Positions 7,361 through 13,779 of a DNA stretch of 13,779 nt are shown here, piece by piece. The DNA lies in NCBI GenBank assembly GCA_046760505.1, contig JBHIEG010000037.1, positions 1 to 13,779 on the forward strand. The letters are read 5' to 3'. The notes below the pieces were generated by a model. That model was not told where the DNA came from. It saw only the letters and a program-made list of their open reading frames with translations, and made no database searches. The DNA comes from Candidatus Hydrothermarchaeota archaeon. Lineage in GTDB: Archaea; CAYFZR01. Position numbers and translations under genes: made by a program. Numbering within the stretch: the first letter of the stretch is position 1; the number at the start of each line of letters is the position of its first letter.

Positions 7361-8595
7361 ATTGTTGCCACCATAGATAACATTGGACGTGATACTTGGC
7401 GGCAAAATAAAAATGAGACAACGGAAAATAAAAAGCTTTCTCGTGCTGAGAAAGTATTAAAAAACTGTGCTATTCGCCCCGAAAATAGAGAAATTTTAGA
7501 AAGATACGATAAAGAGAATAGAACGTTAGGTAAAAAAGAAGGCACAAGGTATAATCTTTTATTTCCTTTAAGAGACCTAAGCATTTATACCAATAAACAA
7601 TTTTCAGAGATCGAAAAAGAAGATATCATAGACTTCTTCGATTATCTTATTGATGAAAAAGAGGTAACAGAGTCTTCGATGAACCTTTTTAAGATATCTA
7701 TAAAGGCATTTTACAAATGGTTCGAGTGAGATGGTGATTTTTATCCTAAAAAAGTGACTTGGATAAAGAAGAAGTCATTTAACAACCAGATACCAGAGTT
7801 TTTAAATGAAGAAGAATTGCCTGTCTTTTTTAGCGGAGCAGAAAATCTAAGAGAGCGTGTGATAGTGCATTTATTATACGACAGTGGCGCCAGATTGGGA
7901 GAGTTTAGGGAGATTAAAATCAAAGATATCTTACCAGACAACCAGTTAAAATTAAGAGGCAAGACTGGTGAAAGAATTGTACTTTGGAGACTTCAATAAA
8001 AGATCTTAAAGATTATCTAAGCGTGCACCCATACAAGGAAGATCCAGAAGTCTATCTATTTTTTACAAGAGATCCGCTCAGTCCGGTATCTGAGACACAT
8101 CTAAGAGAGCTAATCTACGATATAGCGAAGAAAAGCGGAATAAGAAAGCACGTATATCCCCACTTATTAAGGCATAGTAGAGCCACTCATCTAGCACAGG
8201 GAGGTATGAATGAACCCAACTTAAGAAATTTCTTCGGATGGTCTCCTAATTCTAAAATGCCTTCTTTGTATGTGCATTTGGCGAATAAAGATCTGTTAGA
8301 AGCGGTTAAAAGAGCGAGAGAAGTTAAGCCTACTCCTATCGTACCCGTGGCGAAAGCAAGTGAGATAGAAGATCTCAAAGAAGAACTCTCTGATTTGAAA
8401 GATGTATTGAAGGCTCAAAGTGCAATTTTAGCGGAATTTATGAAGGGTAAAGATATTGAAGAGATCAAAAAAGCTATAGATTCAGCAGGAGAAAAGCTAG
8501 AATTGCTCAGAAAGGTTAAAGAAAAGAAAAAGGTTAGGGAATTTCAAAAGGGTAGTCTGTGGAAACTTACTAGTACCAATCGTTCTATCAACTAG
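7361..8595 (+). pseudogene. tyrosine recombinase / integrase (XerC/D-like), disrupted
   Basis: An N-terminal core-binding-like region is open from 7361 (RPENREILERYDKE...IEKEDIIDFFDYL...IKAFYKWFE) with no canonical start near its 5' end. There is an in-frame TGA at 7727-7729 and a one-base deletion at 7983-7985. Catalytic motifs are SGARLGE (R), RGKTG (K), HLLRH (HxxR), FFGW and LYVH (Y), followed by a coiled-coil tail. Confidence 0.9.
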
Positions 8596-8650
8596 TACGA
8601 TTCGAACTAGTATCATTAGTACTATTAGTACTACTAGTCTTTCAAGTACT
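8569..8650. repeat. cluster of ACTAGT / AGTACT hexamer palindromes
   Basis: ACTAGT at 8569, 8591, 8606 and 8633; AGTACT at 8618, 8627 and 8645. Seven sites in 82 bp span the integrase stop. Confidence 0.75.
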
Positions 8651-9006
8651 GTAGTTAATGTTGTGTTGTTAATAGGTAATGAGTACAGTAATTACGTTAT
8701 AGAAATTTGAAAAATCAATTTCGTGTTTTCAAATCGCATTTAAAAGAAAATTTAACTAATCTCATTTGCATTTTCAAAGGAAAATTGTTTTGTTTTTTAA
8801 AATATCTGTATATAGCTCTTCAAATTCTATACAGAGAGATTTTAACCTATGATTATGAATGCAAAACATTAATTGAAATATATAATTTCAGCAAAGATTT
8901 TTAACTAAATGAATAGAGCAAAAACCTTTAAACTTTTTTATATTTTTTAAATTATAGACTAAAATTTGAGTTTTCTTTAAAATGATTCTGAAAGGGATTT
9001 AATTGC

Positions 9007-9146
9007 CTCCTAGATTCAGGATTAATAGTGGTAGAGCAGGACACAAGCAGGATCCCTACAAAACATATGTTGCTTTAACTGATAAAGGAAAGGAAGTCGC
9101 AGAAAGAATAAAATCATGTGTAGAAGATGTAAGCGAAAGCGTATGA
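9007..9146 (+). pseudogene. 5'-truncated paralogous copy of the 3' half of the wHTH gene at 5229-5537
   Basis: Translates as LLDSGLIVVEQDTSR/PYKTYVALTDKGKEVAERIKSCVEDVSESV with a one-base deletion near 9050, versus LLDLGLIQVYEDRRKYPYKTYVTLTEKGKEVASKIKSCVEDVSEIL. 9108-9138 matches 5499-5529 at 30 of 31 nt. Confidence 0.9.
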
Positions 9147-9213
9147 TTTAAATAACTCACTATGTATCAGCTTCATTCTAGCTTTAAATCATAATTGATC
9201 TTCACAAGAAAGG

Positions 9214-9423
9214 TCATTCGAGTCTTTTAACCGCCAATTTTATATCTCTTGCCCTTACTGTCTTTCTACCAGCGTGTTTAGCTAATTTAGTAGCTTCTGA
9301 TGCTATTTTGATGCCGTATTCTTCCATATGTTCTGCCAAAGCCTCTTTTGCATCTTCGCTTACTCGATCTGCACCTGCCTTCCTCACAATTCTATCTACT
9401 TGTGCTAAAGGTAATTCAACCAT
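9214..9423 (-). CDS. archaeal histone (HMfA/HMfB family), 69 aa
   Basis: [20 protein letters not shown]...HAGRKTV...DI histone-fold signature, a GGAGGT RBS, and a TATA-like TTTTTAAG at 9471-9464. Confidence 0.97.
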   Translation of the reverse strand: MVELPLAQVDRIVRKAGADRVSEDAKEALAEHMEEYGIKIASEATKLAKHAGRKTVRARDIKLAVKRLE

Positions 9424-9803
9424 ATGTTCCTACCTCCAACTAGTCTATCTAAATCTAACGTGCTTAAAAAACCGGTACTTTTTTCTCAATCTTTAAGTAT
9501 TTAAATTTTATGGAAAAATTAACTTTGGAAAATAGGTTTAGGTGAAAAATGGCTCGTAATAGTTATTGATTGTATCTTACCATAACTTTTTTACGAATAA
9601 CATGATATTTTTCATCTCTGGATCTTATATAAAATTTGAATTATTTCCGCAACGCAAGTGAAATATAAAATTTATATAGTAGTATAGACGAGTCTTATTG
9701 ACCGAAAGGACTAATGTAACAATTGCTTTTTGGGATACCTGATTAGCTTTTGTGTGTTTTTAAAGAAGTACAAACATTTATAATAAGTTTGGAGGAGTGG
9801 AAG

Positions 9804-10706
9804 ATGGAAGTTTGCCCTGAATGTGGGGGTCATAAGGTAATTAAAGATGAGAAAAGAGGCGAATTAGTCTGCAAATCCTGCGGACTTGTTTTAGAACAAG
9901 ATATAATAGATAGAGGCCCAGAATGGAGAGCTCATGATTATCGACAGTGGGTAACCAAGAGTAGAGTTGGTGCCCCTATGACCTACGTTATGTATGATAA
10001 GGGTCTATCCACCACCATAACCCCCAGTACAAAGGATGCTAAAGGTAGGCAACTCGCTCCTGATCAAAGAGCCAAACTCTATAGGTTAAGAAAATTGCAA
10101 AGAAGAGTGAGATTGTCAGATTCTGCCGAAAGAAACCTTGCCTCCGCTTTGTCTGAATTAGAATCGATATCTTCACGGTTAAACTTACCAAGGCATGTCA
10201 AAGAGACGGCCGCCCTTACCTATAGAAATGCTGTAAAAAGTGATTTGGTCAAGGGCAAGTCCATCGAGAGCGTTGTTGTAGCTGCCATATGCGCGGCATG
10301 TAGACAGCACAAAGTGCCTAGGAGTATGAGCGAGATTGCTGATTCCGCTAGAATAGAAAAAAAGAGATTAGGCAAGATCTACAGGTTATTAGGTAGGAAA
10401 TTAGGATTAAAACTCAAGCCAACAAGCCCTACTGAATATGTAGCTAGATTTTCAAGCGAACTGGGTTTGTCAGGAGAAGTGCAGTCAAAAGCCATTGATA
10501 TCATCAAACTCGCTATAGATAAAGAAATAATCACAGGAAAAGATCCGACAGGGGTCGCAGCAGCTGCAATATATATTGCTGGTTTGCTACAAGGAGAAAG
10601 AAGAGCTCAAAAAGAGGTTGCTGAAGTAGCTGGTACATCAGAGGTCACCGTAAGGAATAGATATAAAGAACTTGTGGAGGAGCTAGATTTAGAAGTGGCG
10701 GTCTAA
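9804..10706 (+). CDS. tfb: transcription initiation factor IIB (TFB)
   Basis: Zn ribbon CPECG...GELVCKSCG, B-reader GPEWRA, two cyclin repeats and C-terminal EVTVRNRYKEL. ATG 9804 follows a GGAGGA RBS. Confidence 0.97.
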   Translation: MEVCPECGGHKVIKDEKRGELVCKSCGLVLEQDIIDRGPEWRAHDYRQWVTKSRVGAPMTYVMYDKGLSTTITPSTKDAKGRQLAPDQRAKLYRLRKLQRRVRLSDSAERNLASALSELESISSRLNLPRHVKETAALTYRNAVKSDLVKGKSIESVVVAAICAACRQHKVPRSMSEIADSARIEKKRLGKIYRLLGRKLGLKLKPTSPTEYVARFSSELGLSGEVQSKAIDIIKLAIDKEIITGKDPTGVAAAAIYIAGLLQGERRAQKEVAEVAGTSEVTVRNRYKELVEELDLEVAV

Positions 10707-10912
10707 ATATGTCTAAATTATCTAGATAATCCTAAGCAATCAATCTCAGTTAAAGACAGAAATTAAAGCGATTTAGGAAGAAAATAGCGTCTCCGTTTTC
10801 TATGATAAATAGGTCATGGATTTTGAGTTTCTTCTGATATATTTCCTACTCAGCTCTGATTTTGGCTGAGCAAAAAATAAGAGGTATTTTCCTCCTGCGT
10901 CAATGACTTTAG

Positions 10913-11007
10913 TGCCGATATTGCAAGTGGACCTCAAAATACCGATGCGTGATACAAGCAGTAAAAGATAGACTAAGGAAAGCAACGTCAAAAGTGTTGA
11001 AAGCAAC
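10913..11007 (+). other. possible degenerate 5' fragment of an IS200/IS605 TnpA transposase
   Basis: The frame reads CRYCKWTSKYRCVIQAVKDRLRKA, loosely like the TnpA N-terminal C.YH.VW.PKYR..L...V..RL.E motif. It is short and has no start codon. Confidence 0.2.
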
Positions 11008-12225
11008 CTACAATTGAATAAAGTCCTCTCTCGGATGTTCAAGGACGTGCATGATAAAAAGGTAATCTCTAATGTGTCTTGTAATTAGGAAATTTCTTTT
11101 CACATGTTCCTTGCCATTTTCTCCAAGTTTCTCAGCCAACTCCGAATTCCTTAAGAGCATGAGAGTTCTGTTTACGGCACCCTCGATAGTACGTACCAGA
11201 TACCCAGTTATCCCGTTTTTCACTTGCAATGGTATGCCTCCAACAGCTCCGCCGATAACAGGCTTTCCCTTCCACATGGACTCAGATACAGTCAAGCCGA
11301 AGCCCTCCCGTAATGATTTCTGTAGAATCACTGAGGATGCCCTCTGTAAAGCATTAACCTCTAAATCGCTAATGGAGACTAGGAGATGGATGTCAGGATC
11401 TCCTTCTACTCTATTCTGTACCTCTTTGTAGACAACCGCTCCTTCTGGGTCATCTGTGGCTGTTCCACCAGCCAATACAAGCTGACAATCCCTGCTCTTC
11501 TTGATCCTTTTATAAACCTCCACCACTCCTATTGGATCTTTAAACCTGTCAAATCTCCCCACTTGAGTTATTATAGGCTTTTCATGGCTAATCTCGTATT
11601 TATCAAGAAATCTATTCACTTCTTCTGCTGAAAGATCTCTGTTCTTATCATCGAGGGGATCTATGGAAGGTGGAATCGTAAATTGTTTTAGAGTCAAATC
11701 AGGTCTCCCAAAGGCAGGAATGGAAAAGATAGTTACGTCGTATCTGTTTATATATCTCCTCATAAAATTCCAAGCCTCTTCCTGAGGACTGGACAAGTCG
11801 ATGTGGCATCTCCACACCCATTTATGGGAGTTGTCTTTCATGCTAATCAAGGCTGCGGGCTGTGGATCATGGATGAATATAACATCCCTGTCAAAATTGA
11901 TTTCTCTGGCATTCATCTCGTTTGTCTCTAAATAGGTGTTAAGCATGTCCGCTGTGAGTTCTAAGGGATTTCCTTGGAGGCCGTTATGAAAACTCTTTGT
12001 AACCCTGAAAAACTCTTGACCTCCCTTTATAACATCCCACCTCGTATCAATGTCCAATTCATTCATGAGAGGTACTAACCGATGCAGTATCTCAGCAACT
12101 CCTCCCCCGATAGCAGTTGAATTCACGTGCAGCATCGACTTATGGGACAGTCTATCAGCTAACATAAGGAGTTCCTCAATAGCATTTCTTCCCACTATCT
12201 CCACATAGTCCCATAACTTCGTCAT
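11008..12225 (-). CDS. treT: trehalose glycosyltransferring synthase (GT4 family)
   Basis: Motifs HVNSTAIGGGVAEIL, IHDPQP, WVWRCHIDLS, RFDRFKDP and EGFGLTVSESMWKGKPVIGG; 405 aa. Confidence 0.9.
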   Translation of the reverse strand: MTKLWDYVEIVGRNAIEELLMLADRLSHKSMLHVNSTAIGGGVAEILHRLVPLMNELDIDTRWDVIKGGQEFFRVTKSFHNGLQGNPLELTADMLNTYLETNEMNAREINFDRDVIFIHDPQPAALISMKDNSHKWVWRCHIDLSSPQEEAWNFMRRYINRYDVTIFSIPAFGRPDLTLKQFTIPPSIDPLDDKNRDLSAEEVNRFLDKYEISHEKPIITQVGRFDRFKDPIGVVEVYKRIKKSRDCQLVLAGGTATDDPEGAVVYKEVQNRVEGDPDIHLLVSISDLEVNALQRASSVILQKSLREGFGLTVSESMWKGKPVIGGAVGGIPLQVKNGITGYLVRTIEGAVNRTLMLLRNSELAEKLGENGKEHVKRNFLITRHIRDYLFIMHVLEHPREDFIQL

Positions 12226-12887
12226 TTATCTCCTCTCAGTTCTTCTTCAGTTAGTCTGATGAGTTCTTCTTTAAGATCTTCCAGCGTGTATCCTAAGGGG
12301 TCAAGAGAAGCTATTTTTTCAGCTAATTTCTCGTGGCCGAGGCTCTCCGATATCCATCTGGAGAAATCGTCGTTATATATTCCCTCCACCATCCCTAAGC
12401 GAAGCCAAGATTCGAAAAAATGGTAGAATATTACTTCTATATCAACTGCCCTCAGGCATTCTAAGAATTCCTCCAAGTTGCTTGCAGAATACTTTGTAGG
12501 GTAAACCACGCAGATTGATTTGGCAAAATGGAATTCATGGAATCCGTCGGTAGGGACTCTCGTTGGAGATTTTTGGTTTTCTAAATGTACTGTAATAAGT
12601 TCAACCAACCTTTTCCTAATTTCCTCAACATTTAGGTATTCGCGGATCTGAATGTTTGCAAATTTCTCTGCAAGGGCGTATTCATGGAGTATGTTTTCCA
12701 GCCAGTAGGCGAAGTCGTTGTAATATTCAGGTATTACAAAGTGATACCTCAGGAGGGAGTGATACATGTGATAAAAAATAGATTTTTCATCTATGGTTTT
12801 GATTTCTTCCATTAATTCCTCAAGATCCCTAGCTTTCCTTCCTGTCAATTCTACGAGGTATATTCCTTTATGGAAGACGAATACCAT
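12222..12887 (-). CDS. DUF5752-type protein, usual treT neighbour, with an internal two-fold repeat
   Basis: Two copies of A..LEE..E.I/L..I/VD...IFYH.....LR....(N/D)DF..W....L....LAEK.A. It shares an ATGA overlap with treT, and a TATA-like AT tract lies at about 12907-12917. Confidence 0.8.
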   Translation of the reverse strand: MVFVFHKGIYLVELTGRKARDLEELMEEIKTIDEKSIFYHMYHSLLRYHFVIPEYYNDFAYWLENILHEYALAEKFANIQIREYLNVEEIRKRLVELITVHLENQKSPTRVPTDGFHEFHFAKSICVVYPTKYSASNLEEFLECLRAVDIEVIFYHFFESWLRLGMVEGIYNDDFSRWISESLGHEKLAEKIASLDPLGYTLEDLKEELIRLTEEELRGDK

Positions 12888-13133
12888 GTCAGCATTCAGA
12901 ACTAATTATAATATATATTTCTTACGCTTTTTCTCATTTGAGAAACAATTTTGAATGAATTTCAGATTACACTTACAATCTATTTCTAACATCTAGCCAG
13001 TCTTTATTAAACAATCTCTTGCTCTAGTGAAATTTTATTCTCAAAGTTTTCTCCATAATCTATCAGTTAGGTTTAAAATTTTTCTATTTTTAATAGACTA
13101 ATCAAATCAAAATTAACAAATTATTGACTTGAT

Positions 13134-13779
13134 CTATTCTATCAAATCTTCTTCTATCTCTCTATCACTTTCTATATATAAATCAGGCCAGATTCGAACC
13201 TCTGAGTCTACGAGTGCCCTATCATCCAACTTGGTTCTTGCACCAATTACAGCTAAATTTTCAATTTCACATTCCGATCCAATTTCGACTTCATTATCTA
13301 TAATGCAACCTATCAATCTAGTTCTCTCCTCCACCTCTACTTCATCGAAGATTTTTGCGGATAATAGTTTTGAATGGTCTTTTATTTTCACACTATTTCC
13401 AATTGTAGAATATGGGCCGATTATCACCTCATCTCCTATATTTACGTGGTTCCCGATGAGTACCGGTCCGATTACCTTTGTATTTTCTCCAATAACAACA
13501 TTATGTCCAATTTGCACTGGTCCTACGATATAAGCATCCTCCATACGGACTTTACCTGTTATAACACTTCCGCTCATTTCATTCATCAAATCATTTACTG
13601 ATTTCGAATAGCTGCTGGGTCATCCCACATCAGTCCATCTGTCAGCTGAAAGAAATCCATAAATCTTCTTTCCTTCTCCTATTATACGGGAATCACATCA
13701 TATGCAAAATCTTTTCGTGTACCTTTCTCTATATAATCAAAGATCTCAGGTTCGAAGATGTATATGCCCATACTCACTA
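13134..13779 (-). pseudogene. 3' part of an NDP-sugar pyrophosphorylase (mannose-1-phosphate guanylyltransferase-like) with a left-handed beta-helix tail; disrupted and truncated by the window edge
   Basis: Reads VSMGIYIFEPEIFDYI...DFAYDVIP, then a one-base deletion at 13688-13690, then RIIGEGKKIYGF...WTDVG, an in-frame TGA (13622-13620), PSSY and hexapeptide repeats (IVGPVQIGHNVVIGENTKVIGPVLIG). Confidence 0.85.

Noticed and set aside
8707-8904. 65-aa ORF, and a 12-nt match AGAGATTTTAAC (8835-8846) to the wHTH gene (5367-5378)
   Set aside because: The ORF has a TTG start and no recognisable motif. The short AT-rich match is not collinear with the 9007-9146 fragment and may be chance.
10800-11042. 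80-aa minus-strand ORF with a hydrophobic stretch after treT
   Set aside because: It starts inside treT, has no clear RBS and shows no recognisable family motif.
2095-13601. Antisense ORFs 2095-2283, 3505-3729, 3846-4034, 7336-7584, 7741-7962, 8187-8378, 9308-9496, 11072-11431, 11386-11631, 13129-13533 and 13374-13601
   Set aside because: They are shadows on the opposite strand of well-supported genes.
7727-13622. TGA recoding (Gly, Trp or Sec) suggested by in-frame TGA codons at 7727 and 13620
   Set aside because: TGA is the normal stop of the histone, MNT and DUF5752 genes at expected lengths. The two sites imply different residues, and both genes also carry frameshifts.

Overview
AT-rich archaeal DNA (HMf-type histone, TFB, archaeal BRE/TATA promoters, GGAGG/GGTGA ribosome-binding sites). 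The left part (about 1-9150) is an accessory island. It holds an unexplained four-unit ~100-bp repeat array, two convergent type IV (AbiEi/AbiEii-like) toxin-antitoxin pairs whose nucleotidyltransferase genes are both frameshifted, a winged-helix regulator, a HEPN-like plus minimal nucleotidyltransferase (MNT) pair behind three phased palindromes, a MITE-like remnant and a broken tyrosine integrase. A second, truncated copy of the 3' end of the winged-helix gene lies beyond the integrase, so the HEPN/MNT/integrase block may be a ~3.6-kb element integrated into that gene. The right part is core-like: histone, a somewhat divergent TFB, the trehalose synthase treT with its DUF5752-type partner, and the disrupted 3' end of an NDP-sugar pyrophosphorylase. 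All six frameshifts found are single-base deletions, so some may be sequencing or assembly errors.
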